A stretch of 62,388 nucleotides of DNA from a virus (Duplodnaviria > Caudoviricetes): positions 1 through 62,388 of IMG/VR virus record IMGVR_UViG_3300027985_000703; one strand, 5' to 3'. The translations under genes and the position numbers were made by a program. Position 1 is the stretch's first letter, and the number at the start of each line of letters is the position of its first letter. The notes under the pieces were generated by a model. The model did not search any database, was not told where the DNA came from, and saw nothing but the letters and a program-made list of their open reading frames with translations. Positions 26,286-35,535 of the stretch are shown piece by piece.

Positions 26286-28820
26286 ATGCAACTGCAGTTC
26301 CTGACCGCCGCGGTCGGCCCGATGCGCAAAGCCTTCGGAGTAGAAGGCGGCATCGACAAAGCATACCCGAAGGCATCCAAGGTCACTACCCACGACGAAG
26401 ACGTTTCCCTGGACGCTGCCGGACTGGCCGCCTACCGGGAACTGCTCGCTGAGTACGCCGCCAAGGGCGCATCGCTCTACAAGGGTATAACCTCCAAGCC
26501 GCTGCTGAACCAGTCCCGCAAGGGCCTGACCGACAGCCAGCGCAAGACCAACCTGCTGATCCTCGACATCGACGGGCTGCGCCTGCCGAACGTCGCCGTG
26601 CCACCATCAGTAACCGACAAGCACGTCCGCACCTGTGCCGAGGCCATCGTCTCCTTGTTACCGGCCCCGCTGAATGCCGCCTCCTATGTGGCCGTGGCCT
26701 CCAGCTCGTTCGGCCGCAAGGACGACCAGTTGAACATGCACCTGCATTTCTTCCTGGCCCGCGAAGTGGTGCCGGCGGCGCTCAAGACCTGGATCCGCGG
26801 CCTGAACGTCGGTATCGAGGCGGTGGAGAAGCAACTGTCGTTGACCCCCTCCATGCAGTCGGTCAAATCCACCATCGACCCCTGCCTGGCCGAGAACTCG
26901 CGGATCGTCTACATCGCCCCGCCCGAATTCGGCCCGGACGCGGACAACCCGTTCGCTGACGACCGGCACCGGATCGTGCTGGTGGACAAGGGCGAGCCGG
27001 TGGTGGACCTGCACCCGCTGCTGGCCGAGACCAACGCCACCTCCATCGCGGCGAAGATCGAGCGCAAGCGCAAGGACTTGCTGCGCGTGCTGGGGATCAG
27101 CCCCAAAGAACACCGCACCACCCGGTTGAAGACCGAGGCGGGGGAAATCGAGGTCATCACCAACCCGCACCACATCCAGATGAATTTCGTTCACGCGGAC
27201 CATCAATACGCCCGCTACAACGTGAACAACGGGGACAGCAACGCCTACTGGGTGGAGCTGAAAAACCCACTGGTGGTGCATTGCTTCAAGCCGGACGAGA
27301 AGCCGTTCCTGTTCGAGCAGGCGAACAAGGACATGTACGACTGGCACGTCCGTGAATTCGGTGGCCCAGTCACCAAAATGACCGACGACGCCGGCCGGAC
27401 CCGCAACATCACGCCGCTGCTGTTCCAGGATTTCGACACCAACAACCTGTACCGGGTCGAGTACGACCAGGACGAGGACGAGCTGGTGCGCCTGGCGGTC
27501 ACCAACAAGGACAACGCGGAACACTGGCTGCGCGAGTACGGTATGCCAATGCCGGACACCATCCCGACCTACTATCGGGAGATGCAGCCGAAGATGGACC
27601 GCTGTTTCGACGCCGAACGCCGGCTGGTGAACATGTTCAGCCCCACCCGGTTCATGCGCCACAAGCAGGGCGAGGAACTACGGGCCGACCTGAAAACCTG
27701 TCACGCGCTGCACGGCCAGTGCCCGACCATCTACACCGTGGTCTCGCACATGCTGAACTACGACGACGAGTCGATAGCCCGCTTCCTGAACTGGTTGGCC
27801 TTCATCTACCAGTACCGGGAAAAGGCCAAGACCGCGTGGTTACTGCACGGCACCCAGGGCACCGGTAAGGGCCTTTTCTTTCACCGGGTACTCAAGCCAC
27901 TGTTCGGCCAGCACGCGATGGTGAAAACCCTCGAGCGCATCGCGGACGACCAGTTCAACGCCTGGGAAGAAAGCGCGCTGCTGGTGCTGGTGGACGAGTT
28001 CAACGTCGGCAACGCCTCATCCGGGGTCTCCAAGACCGCGTCCCGGCTCAAGAACATGATCACCGAGCCGTCGACCACCATCCGTAAAATGCGGACCGAC
28101 CAGATAGAGGCACCCAGCTACTCGTCGTTCCTGTTCGCCACCAACGACATCGGGGCGTTGAACATCACCCCTGACGACCGCCGCTGGAACATCGCCCCGC
28201 GCCAGGAAGGCAAGCTGGTGGAGGTGCTGCCGCAGTTGCACACCGACCCGGCCGAGGTAGACCGGATCATCGACGCCGAACTGGCCGACTTCTCCGCGTT
28301 CCTGCGCAGTTTCCGCGTGGCCCGCGACAAGGTACAGGCACCGATGGCCGGGGAAGCCAAACGTGAAGCGATCGAAGCAGCCATGGACAGCACCACCCGG
28401 TTCTTCCGCGCCGTCATGGCCGGGGAGCTGGCCGAGTTCCTGCCCGAGCTGCTGGCCCGCCCGAACGAGTTGCTGCAGCGCGAGCAGCTGTTGATCCAAG
28501 GCGTGAAATCCATCCTGCGCCGCTGGGTCTCCTGCTGCAACAAGGGCACCGCCCATGTGCCGCTGACCGACCTGCGGGTTATCTACTCCTACCGCGCCGG
28601 CAAGGACATCAACCAGAACGCATTCAGCCGCATGTTGACCTCCCACGCCGTGAAGTCGGAGCAGACCCGCCGCGACTACCTGGACAAGAGCGCCAGCAAC
28701 GTGCGCGGGGTGTCGGTGAACTGGGTACTGCCGGAAGCCGAGCTGCTGGCCCTACAGGCCCAGCTAGGCCAGGTGCCAGGCGTAGCGCCAATAGACCCGA
28801 GCATGGACGCAGCCAGTTAG
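26286..28820 (+). CDS. primase-helicase (prim-pol N-domain + SF3/DUF5906-type NTPase)
   Basis: LILDIDG and HLHFFL primase motifs; Walker A GTQGTGKG, Walker B VLVDE, FATN, DRRW. Confidence 0.9.
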   Translation: MQLQFLTAAVGPMRKAFGVEGGIDKAYPKASKVTTHDEDVSLDAAGLAAYRELLAEYAAKGASLYKGITSKPLLNQSRKGLTDSQRKTNLLILDIDGLRLPNVAVPPSVTDKHVRTCAEAIVSLLPAPLNAASYVAVASSSFGRKDDQLNMHLHFFLAREVVPAALKTWIRGLNVGIEAVEKQLSLTPSMQSVKSTIDPCLAENSRIVYIAPPEFGPDADNPFADDRHRIVLVDKGEPVVDLHPLLAETNATSIAAKIERKRKDLLRVLGISPKEHRTTRLKTEAGEIEVITNPHHIQMNFVHADHQYARYNVNNGDSNAYWVELKNPLVVHCFKPDEKPFLFEQANKDMYDWHVREFGGPVTKMTDDAGRTRNITPLLFQDFDTNNLYRVEYDQDEDELVRLAVTNKDNAEHWLREYGMPMPDTIPTYYREMQPKMDRCFDAERRLVNMFSPTRFMRHKQGEELRADLKTCHALHGQCPTIYTVVSHMLNYDDESIARFLNWLAFIYQYREKAKTAWLLHGTQGTGKGLFFHRVLKPLFGQHAMVKTLERIADDQFNAWEESALLVLVDEFNVGNASSGVSKTASRLKNMITEPSTTIRKMRTDQIEAPSYSSFLFATNDIGALNITPDDRRWNIAPRQEGKLVEVLPQLHTDPAEVDRIIDAELADFSAFLRSFRVARDKVQAPMAGEAKREAIEAAMDSTTRFFRAVMAGELAEFLPELLARPNELLQREQLLIQGVKSILRRWVSCCNKGTAHVPLTDLRVIYSYRAGKDINQNAFSRMLTSHAVKSEQTRRDYLDKSASNVRGVSVNWVLPEAELLALQAQLGQVPGVAPIDPSMDAAS

Positions 28821-28859
28821 GCTGCGCTCCTTTTACAGTAATGGTGAACGAGGACCACT

Positions 28860-29723
28860 ATGAATTTCGCAGACGCACTGAAAAAACGGGCCGAGGAAAA
28901 GGGCCATGTGGCCATCGAAGCTACCAAGCCGGTAGTGGAGAAGGCCGAGGATAAAGGCGCATTCGCCGCCGCCCTGGCCAAGCGTAACGAGGCCAAGGAC
29001 CCCAACGCCATCGACGTGGAGTTCGGCACGGGCACCATCCCGGTGTGGTCGTTCTCGACCCTCAAGGACTATGAGGCCTGTCCGTTCCGCGTGTACTTAT
29101 CCAAGGTCGAGAAGCTGAAACAGAAGCAGTCCGACGCAGCGACCCGGGGCGAGCGAATGCACCAGGAAGCCGAGGACTATGTGCGCGAGGGCGGGGAAGT
29201 CCCGACCAGCCTGCGCAAGTTCGACCTGCGATTCCAGGAGCTGGCCGACCTGTTCAGACAGGGCAAGGTGGTCATGGAGGAAAACTGGGGCATCCGCAAG
29301 GACTGGTCGCCCTGCGGCTGGAAGGAAGACGGCCTGTGGGGCCGGGCCAAGCTGGACGTGTTCGTGCAGGAAAGCGAGACCTCGGCGCGGATCATCGACC
29401 ACAAGTCCGGCCGCAAGTTCGGCAATGAGCTGAAACACAGCGACCAGGGCCTGAGCTATGCGCTGCACGCGTACCACCGTTTTCCGGCCATCGAGGTGTT
29501 CAAGACCGAGTTTTGGTATCTCGACCACGGGCAGGTGATGGAGCGCACCTTCACGCGCCGCCAGCTGGGGATCCTGCTGCCGCGCTACCACCACCGGGCC
29601 ATGGACTTCACCGTGGCAACGCAGTTCCCGGCCAAGCCGAACTGTGTCAACTGCCGCTGGTGTGCCTACGGCAAGAGCAAGTACGGCACCGGCGACTGCA
29701 TCTATGCGGAGGAAGCGGTATGA
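28860..29723 (+). CDS. PD-(D/E)XK Cas4/RecB-like exonuclease
   Basis: WSFSTLKDYEACP, RGERMH, KLD...IIDHKSG, C-terminal CxxCxWC...C. Confidence 0.9.
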   Translation: MNFADALKKRAEEKGHVAIEATKPVVEKAEDKGAFAAALAKRNEAKDPNAIDVEFGTGTIPVWSFSTLKDYEACPFRVYLSKVEKLKQKQSDAATRGERMHQEAEDYVREGGEVPTSLRKFDLRFQELADLFRQGKVVMEENWGIRKDWSPCGWKEDGLWGRAKLDVFVQESETSARIIDHKSGRKFGNELKHSDQGLSYALHAYHRFPAIEVFKTEFWYLDHGQVMERTFTRRQLGILLPRYHHRAMDFTVATQFPAKPNCVNCRWCAYGKSKYGTGDCIYAEEAV

Positions 29724-31078
29724 GCCCGACCTTCACCCCTATGGCCCACCAGAAGCAATTTGCGGAGCTGTGGGGCCGCAACCAGCGAATGCTGAACACG
29801 TCGGGCTGCGGGACCGGTAAAACCGGGGCCTGCATCCTGGCGGTGGAACAAAACTGGGCGGGGGCCCGGGTACTGGTCCTGGGACCGCTGTCCATCCTGC
29901 AGCCGGCCTGGGGCGGCGACCTGGCCAAGTTCGCGCCCGAAGCAACGGTGGCCATCGCCTACGCCAAGAACCGCCGCGAGGTGTTCGAGAAAAGTAACGC
30001 CCAGTGGGTGATCTGCAACCACGACGGCATCAAGGACGTGGTGGAAAACGGCTGGCACCGCCATTTTGACGTGCTGATCGTGGATGAGGCGGATGCCTTC
30101 CGCAACAAGGACAGCCAACGCTCCAAGGCCCTGGCCAAGGCGGCGGAGGAAGTGCCCATCATCACGCTAATGACCGGCACGCCAACGCCGAAATCCATCA
30201 CGGACATTTGGCACCTGGCGTTTTGCGTGGACCGCGGGGAGCGGCTGGGGCGGAATTTCTTCGGCTTCCGCAACAACGTCTGCACCCCGATCCCCCTCAA
30301 GGCCAACGCGACCAAGTGGGTGGACAAGCCCCAGGCCCGCGACGTGGTGTCTGCGCTGCTGACCGACATCACCTTCCGGGTGAGCCTGGACGAAGTGACG
30401 GAGCTGCCGCCGCTGATCACCCGCACCGTGCCGGTGGTCCTGCCGCCCAAGCTGATGGCCATGTACCGCCAGATGCAGCGCGAGTCCGCCATGCTACTGG
30501 AGAGCGGGGAGATCCTGACTGCGGTCCATGCCGGTGCCCGGGTGGCGAAGCTGCTGCAGATCCTGTCCGGTGCCGTCTACGACGAGCGCGGGGTAGCGAA
30601 AGACCTGCACAAGGAACGCCACGAACTGGTGCTGGACCTGGCCTGTGAGTCGGACGCCTCCCTGGTAGCGTTCCAGTGGGAGCACCAGCGCCACGGTCTG
30701 GAAGCCGAGGCCAAGAAGCGCAAGCTCGAGTTCGGGATCATCGACGGCTCGGTGCCGGTCAAGCGCCGGGAGCAGATTGTCGCGGACTTCCAAGCCGGCA
30801 ACCTGCAAACGATTTTCGCCCACCCGGCCGCCGCCGGCCACGGCCTGACCCTGACCCGGGGCAACCGGGTGGTGTGGGCAAGCCCGACCAACCGGGCCGA
30901 CCTGTACGAGCAATTTATCCACCGGATCTACCGCAAGGGCCAGGAGCGGAAGTGCGAAATCCTGCACGTCGCCGCCGCCGGCACTGCGGAAGAAGATGTG
31001 TATGCCAACACCGGGCAGAAGCATCACAACATGTTGGACCTGCTGGGTCTGATGCTGAAACTGCAACACGCAGCGTAA
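29720..31078 (+). CDS. SNF2-like SF2 helicase
   Basis: GCGTGKT, IVDEA, MTGTP, AAGHGLTL, QFIHRIYRKGQ. Confidence 0.9.
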   Translation: MSPTFTPMAHQKQFAELWGRNQRMLNTSGCGTGKTGACILAVEQNWAGARVLVLGPLSILQPAWGGDLAKFAPEATVAIAYAKNRREVFEKSNAQWVICNHDGIKDVVENGWHRHFDVLIVDEADAFRNKDSQRSKALAKAAEEVPIITLMTGTPTPKSITDIWHLAFCVDRGERLGRNFFGFRNNVCTPIPLKANATKWVDKPQARDVVSALLTDITFRVSLDEVTELPPLITRTVPVVLPPKLMAMYRQMQRESAMLLESGEILTAVHAGARVAKLLQILSGAVYDERGVAKDLHKERHELVLDLACESDASLVAFQWEHQRHGLEAEAKKRKLEFGIIDGSVPVKRREQIVADFQAGNLQTIFAHPAAAGHGLTLTRGNRVVWASPTNRADLYEQFIHRIYRKGQERKCEILHVAAAGTAEEDVYANTGQKHHNMLDLLGLMLKLQHAA

Positions 31079-31108
31079 CCATTAACCGTGAACAAAAGGA
31101 AAATGACA

Positions 31109-31513
31109 ATGAACCAATTCTCCCATGACGTAGAAATGCTGTCCGTCGCCCACTTCGACCGCCTGCACGCCATCACCTGGGCCGCCCGCTGTGCCGCGCA
31201 AGGCCTGAAAGACATCCAGGGCAAGATGGATGATGCCAACGAAGCCCTGGCCGCGGCCCGTAGCTGCATCCAGAAGGCCAACGACGAGTGCAACTTCGAC
31301 AACCTGGCGTCCTACACCAAGGCCGCCCAGAAGTCGCAAAAGCAGCTGGAAGCCCTGCGCGCCAAGTTCCAGGAGGCCGAGGAAGTCCTGCGCACCAACA
31401 TGAACTACCTGGACAACTGGGAATCCGTGTGCCAAGCCCGGCCGGAGCCCGAAGCGGAACCCGAAGAACCGCAGTACCAGGGCGAGAACGACCAGCAGGA
31501 GAACGCAGCATGA
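31109..31513 (+). CDS. hypothetical coiled-coil protein
   Basis: AAAGGA RBS. Confidence 0.7.
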   Translation: MNQFSHDVEMLSVAHFDRLHAITWAARCAAQGLKDIQGKMDDANEALAAARSCIQKANDECNFDNLASYTKAAQKSQKQLEALRAKFQEAEEVLRTNMNYLDNWESVCQARPEPEAEPEEPQYQGENDQQENAA

Positions 31514-31878
31514 AGGAAGTCATCACCCGCATTTTCGCCCTGAAAGCCGATCTGGATGCCGCCAACGCAGCCGTGAAGGAGATCAAGGAGCGGTATGACG
31601 CTGCAGTAAACGAAGCCATTGCCGAGCTGCTGGAGGCCGGGGTCGACCGCATGGCCATTGCCGGCATGGGTTCCGTGACCCTGAAAGAGGAAGTCGTGGC
31701 CAACGTGGACGACTGGGACGCGTTCTACGCCTACATCAAGGAGAACGATGCGTTCTTCCTGATGCAGCGCCGACCGGCAACCAACGCGTGCCGCGAAGCC
31801 TGGCAGATGGGCGAGTCCATCCCCGGGGTGGTGCCGTTCACCCAGAACAAGCTGTCGGTCACGAAATCGCGCGGATAG
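31510..31878 (+). CDS. conserved replication-module protein (VxDWDAFYAYI...LMQRR)
   Basis: AGGAG RBS; family commonly adjacent to SSB-like genes. Confidence 0.8.
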   Translation: MKEVITRIFALKADLDAANAAVKEIKERYDAAVNEAIAELLEAGVDRMAIAGMGSVTLKEEVVANVDDWDAFYAYIKENDAFFLMQRRPATNACREAWQMGESIPGVVPFTQNKLSVTKSRG

Positions 31879-31917
31879 CAGGGAACCTGTTGCAGTCAGA
31901 TCCAGTAGTGCTATCAT
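31879..31917 (+). promoter_or_regulatory. sigma70-like promoter with overlapping operator variants
   Basis: TTGCAG-N16-TATCAT with extended TG; CAGGGAACCTG (31879) and CAGTAGTGCTA (31903) 24 bp apart. Confidence 0.65.
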
Positions 31918-31923
31918 GACTGT

Positions 31924-31976
31924 ACCCCGTGAAGTGTGCATCACGAAAGGCCCCGAGTTGTTACCGGGGCCTTTGT
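31924..31976 (+). ncRNA. candidate ~50-nt sRNA or attenuator (hairpin + terminator-like hairpin)
   Basis: CGTGA/TCACG hairpin, then AAAGGCCCCG...CGGGGCCTTTGT directly after the promoter. Confidence 0.45.
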
Positions 31977-31984
31977 CTCAGCGA

Positions 31985-32312
31985 CATAATGGACACTGCC
32001 CTGGCCGTTGCCTTCCCTGAATCGGATGGCTACATGTAGGTCTGCGGTGTGGTTAGGGCAGTGTCCATTGTGCCGACCGGACGCGGCGCAATAAAGTCCC
32101 CGGATGCGTGCAGCGGGGGAGTCGAGCTTGCCGACGATAACTGCAAGCACAAAACTGGGATGGCACCACGAAGCACTGATAGGACTGGGCTGAAAGATTG
32201 TCCAGAAATCCGGCAGACCGCAGTGCCATCCACAGTTGTGTCGAACAGGCGGTCGAAAGACCCAAGGCGAGCCGTGACCCGCGATGCCTGCAATGCGACA
32301 GGAGTCACCGGC
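31985..32312 (+). ncRNA. candidate large structured RNA
   Basis: 22-bp stem 31985-32006/32051-32072 with three G-U pairs, ~17-bp bulged stem 32148-32166/32223-32240, GAAA tetraloop hairpin and further stems; no credible CDS. Confidence 0.65.
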
Positions 32313-32355
32313 ACAACCACCAACCATTAACGATTGAACCATTAAGGAACCAACC

Positions 32356-33072
32356 ATGACCAAATCTACCGATGTAGCTATCAAGGGCCAAGCCACCAAC
32401 CTGGAACGCCGCCAACAACAAGTCGGCCGCGGCTCCGAGAACGTGACCAAGGACGACCTGGCGCTGCCCCGCCTGAAACTGCTGCAGGCCCTCAACCCGG
32501 AAGTGACCAAGGGCTCCGCCCAGTACATCCCCGAGGCTGAGACCGGCATGATCATGAACAGCCTGAACAGCAAACTGTTCAACAAGCTGTTCATCATCAA
32601 CCTGCACTACGACCGCAAGACCGTGGTGTGGCGCAAGCGCAAGTTCGGCGGCGGTATGTTCGGCACCTACATGGACGAAGCCGAGGCGCTGCAAGCCCTG
32701 GCCGATGCCAAGGAAGACGCGGCCCAGTACGACATTTCCGACAACCCCACCCACCTGGTGATGCTGCTGTCCGACAGCGGTGAACCCATGGGCGTGGCGC
32801 TGCTGGATATGCCGGGCACCAAGGCCAAAATCTCCCGCAAGTGGAACTCTCTGATCGCCGAGCAGGAAGAAGCGGGTAACCCGCGCTTCGGCTGCGTGTG
32901 GGAGCTGGGCGTCACCAACGAGACTTCCCAGAACGGCCCGTACTTCAACTACGATATTGACTTCGTGGTGGTGGCACCGGACGAAATCTACGCTGCAGCG
33001 GAGAACGCCTTTAACTCCTTCTTCGGCCAGGCCGCAAGCCAGCCGCAGGAGCAGGATGAAGACGCAGCCTGA
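32356..33072 (+). CDS. putative ssDNA-binding/replication protein
   Basis: GSENVTKDDLALPRLKLLQALNPEV family motif, aromatic residues, acidic tail; TAAGGA RBS; highly biased codons. Confidence 0.75.
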   Translation: MTKSTDVAIKGQATNLERRQQQVGRGSENVTKDDLALPRLKLLQALNPEVTKGSAQYIPEAETGMIMNSLNSKLFNKLFIINLHYDRKTVVWRKRKFGGGMFGTYMDEAEALQALADAKEDAAQYDISDNPTHLVMLLSDSGEPMGVALLDMPGTKAKISRKWNSLIAEQEEAGNPRFGCVWELGVTNETSQNGPYFNYDIDFVVVAPDEIYAAAENAFNSFFGQAASQPQEQDEDAA

Positions 33073-33091
33073 TAGCAGGCAGTAACGAACT

Positions 33092-33117
33092 GGCACCCTC
33101 GGGTGCCTTTTCCTTTT
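33092..33117 (+). terminator. intrinsic terminator
   Basis: GGCACC-CTCG-GGTGCC-TTTTCCTTTT. Confidence 0.8.
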
Positions 33118-33130
33118 CAGGAGGAACCGT

Positions 33131-33427
33131 ATGGCTACACCGAGACAAGAACCCGAAAAAGAATTCACGCTCAACGAGCTGATCACGCTGCTGGACCCGG
33201 ACATGACGCCGTCACCGATGGTTGTCCGTGCCGCCCGCAAGCGCCTGGTGCAGCAGCGCCGCTTTGCCGAGTTCGTGATGCACGCGCCGGTGGGCACCGG
33301 CATCTGCTGCTGCGGCGAGAGCATGGACAACCACCCCAGCACCGACCACCAGCCGGTGGACGAGTGGGTCAATCACGTTTACCACCAGCTCGAGGAACTG
33401 GGCTGCCTGCCGGAGCAGAAAGAATGA
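33131..33427 (+). CDS. hypothetical Cys/His protein
   Basis: GICCCGESMDNH...DH; AGGAGG RBS. Confidence 0.75.
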   Translation: MATPRQEPEKEFTLNELITLLDPDMTPSPMVVRAARKRLVQQRRFAEFVMHAPVGTGICCCGESMDNHPSTDHQPVDEWVNHVYHQLEELGCLPEQKE

Positions 33428-33675
33428 TGTTCCTGAACGGGTACAAGGTGATCGTGGTGCCGCCCACCAGAACCTACACCCGCATACCGAAGCAGACCAA
33501 ATCCAAGGTAGGGCGACGCTGGGTGCAGGTCCGACGCTTGCTGGAGGTGCGCGAGCTGCTGGCCAACGACAAAGTGCTGGTCCATGAAGGGGACCGCACG
33601 ATCATGATGAACGCCTATACCCATGCCCAACTCATTAAGGAAATCCGGGCCGGAGAGTGGGAGGGGGTTATATGA
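33424..33675 (+). CDS. hypothetical basic protein
   Basis: ATGA coupling. Confidence 0.65.
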   Translation: MMFLNGYKVIVVPPTRTYTRIPKQTKSKVGRRWVQVRRLLEVRELLANDKVLVHEGDRTIMMNAYTHAQLIKEIRAGEWEGVI

Positions 33676-33902
33676 CCGAACCCAATATCTGGTGGCTGCT
33701 GTACTGCACGGCCGCCGCACTGATCGCCGCGCCCTTTTGGGCGTACATAGCGCAGCTCGACCGGAAGGAATCCGCCAGCGCGGTCGGGCCTTTACACCCG
33801 ATCAGCTTCGTGATGCTGTCGATGATGGGCCCGGTGCTGATCACCGCAATAGCCATTGCAGCAACCATAATCACCGCATTCGAGCATAGGAGAACCGCAT
33901 GA
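33672..33902 (+). CDS. small two-TM membrane protein
   Basis: Two hydrophobic segments; GGAGG RBS. Confidence 0.65.
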   Translation: MTEPNIWWLLYCTAAALIAAPFWAYIAQLDRKESASAVGPLHPISFVMLSMMGPVLITAIAIAATIITAFEHRRTA

Positions 33903-34300
33903 CCGAATCCGACTACACCCAGGCGGTGCACAAGCGCCTGCCGGAACATGTCTTCGCCTGGAAGATCCGCGACGACTACCAGGGCGGGGTGCCGGACGCC
34001 TTCTACCGGCGAAAGGACGGCCTGCCGGGCAAGATACTGTGGATCGAGTACAAGTACCTCAAGCAGCTGCCGGCCCGGCCGGACACCTACGTCAAGCCGG
34101 ACCTGAGCACCCTGCAGAAGCAGTGGGCGCGCATGGCCGAAGGGGCGGGGGAGCAAGTGCGCGTGATTGTAGGCTTCGGGTCGAAAGGCGTGGTCTATGA
34201 TTTACCGGAAGCCTTGACCGGCATCCCAAACCAAGAGTTCCAGAACCGCCTGCGGAGTTACCAAGAGATTGCGGCCGAGATCGCATCACTGGTAGGATGA
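33899..34300 (+). CDS. VRR-NUC/Holliday junction resolvase-like nuclease
   Basis: MTESDY, GGVPD, WIEYK, LSTLQKQW. Confidence 0.85.
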   Translation: MTESDYTQAVHKRLPEHVFAWKIRDDYQGGVPDAFYRRKDGLPGKILWIEYKYLKQLPARPDTYVKPDLSTLQKQWARMAEGAGEQVRVIVGFGSKGVVYDLPEALTGIPNQEFQNRLRSYQEIAAEIASLVG

Positions 34301-34344
34301 TCGGACGAATAATAACGTAGTCTGTTTACGTCCGGTTAAAATTG

Positions 34345-34355
34345 CAGTTATACTG
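34345..34355. promoter_or_regulatory. operator-like palindrome overlapping the -10 (TATACT) of the regulator promoter
   Basis: TTTACG-N18-TATACT with CAGTTATACTG. Confidence 0.75.
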
Positions 34356-34396
34356 GAACCCGTTACCCAAGCACAACGCCACGAAACGGGGGTTTT

Positions 34397-35041
34397 ATGG
34401 CACGCAAAAGACCAGAGCTTTACGGGCCGGACACGCACAAGCGTATCCTGGCCGCATGGGCGGCGTACAAGGACAGCACGCGGGCAACCCAAGCCGATGG
34501 GGCGAAAGCCCTGGGCATGGGGACTTCTGGCTTTAGTCAGTACCTTCGCGCTGAGATACCCTTAAACACCGACTTCATCATCAAGTTCGCCCAGCTCGTC
34601 GGGGTCCAACCCAGCGAATTGGCCACGGAATTGGCGGTGACTCCTATGTCTTTGCGACCGGCTAAAACCACGCTTCCGGTCAAGCTGACATTGGCCGGGC
34701 GTAAACCCGAGCACAGGAGCATTCTAGTGGATTCAGTTGGTGTGACATTGGACGCCTACGCGGTGGAGGTGGATGTGGTAGGGGCGCTGTACCCGAAAGG
34801 GACGTTCCTCATCGTGTCCGACACGCTGCCGAGGGAAGGAGACCTGGTGATAGTGGACATTGACGGCTCACCGCTGTTCGGCCCACTGCACTATGACGAG
34901 GCGCGGAACACCTGGTGGGTGGAACATACCCGCAACGCCCGTATTGAGGCCATCGACCTGGAACCGGGTCAGTCGCCGCAGCGAGTGTCCGGGGTGCATT
35001 ACCCCGAGGTCAAAGCGCATCGAGCTTTCGTAGCCGCGTAA
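34397..35041 (+). CDS. CI-like regulator (N-terminal HTH, degenerate S24-like C-domain)
   Basis: TQADGAKALGMGTSGFSQYLRAEIPLN resembles the lambda CI HTH; AYAVEV...YPKGTFLIV...EGDLVIV. Confidence 0.85.
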   Translation: MARKRPELYGPDTHKRILAAWAAYKDSTRATQADGAKALGMGTSGFSQYLRAEIPLNTDFIIKFAQLVGVQPSELATELAVTPMSLRPAKTTLPVKLTLAGRKPEHRSILVDSVGVTLDAYAVEVDVVGALYPKGTFLIVSDTLPREGDLVIVDIDGSPLFGPLHYDEARNTWWVEHTRNARIEAIDLEPGQSPQRVSGVHYPEVKAHRAFVAA

Positions 35042-35046
35042 CCAAC

Positions 35047-35069
35047 AAGGGAGGGGCAACCCTCCCTTA
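35047..35069 (+). terminator. hairpin terminator
   Basis: AAGGGAGGG-GCAA-CCCTCCCTT. Confidence 0.7.
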
Positions 35070-35086
35070 TCTACGGCTTTTGAATA

Positions 35087-35097
35087 CAGTAACACTG
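35087..35097. promoter_or_regulatory. operator-like palindrome upstream of nucleotide metabolism genes
   Basis: CAGTAACACTG overlapping GGAG RBS. Confidence 0.75.
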
Positions 35098-35106
35098 GAG
35101 ATATGA

Positions 35107-35535
35107 ATGGCAGTAACAGCTGGTGGCATCTTAGCCGAAGGCGTCGGCATCCTGACCGAGCGCGGCAAGACCTATGACAAGCCGAGCGGCGAACGCTCGA
35201 TGGAGAAAACCGTGGCCGTGTTCAACCTGCACCATGGCCTGAACCTGACCGAAGCCCAGGGCTGGCATTTCATGCAGATCCTCAAGGACGTGCGGCTGTT
35301 CACCAAAGACGGCTACCACCACGACAGCGCCCTGGACGGCACCAACTACTCCGCCCTGAAAGGCGAGGCCCGGCACCGGGAATTCGCAGAGAAGGCACCG
35401 GTAGAGCCGCTGAAGCATGTGTTCTATGACCTGCAAGGCAACCCCTTGGACAGCGACCCGCACCCGCACATCGGCATCCTGGGTGTTGGCGACGCCATCC
35501 CCTGCACCGTAGCCGAAGCCGGGGGTGCGGCATGA
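35107..35535 (+). CDS. DUF6378-like protein
   Basis: ERGKTYD...GERSM...GWHFMQILKDVR...HHDSALDGTNY. Confidence 0.75.
   Translation: MAVTAGGILAEGVGILTERGKTYDKPSGERSMEKTVAVFNLHHGLNLTEAQGWHFMQILKDVRLFTKDGYHHDSALDGTNYSALKGEARHREFAEKAPVEPLKHVFYDLQGNPLDSDPHPHIGILGVGDAIPCTVAEAGGAA

Noticed and set aside
32269-32314. GAGCCGTG start resembling group II intron domain V
   Set aside because: Length and bulge pattern do not fit domain V; no domain VI, intron ORF or split gene
32049-32330. 93-aa plus-strand ORF (and 219-aa minus ORF 31941-32600) across the structured region
   Set aside because: No RBS, atypical codon use, start buried in a 22-bp stem; RNA structure explains the sequence better
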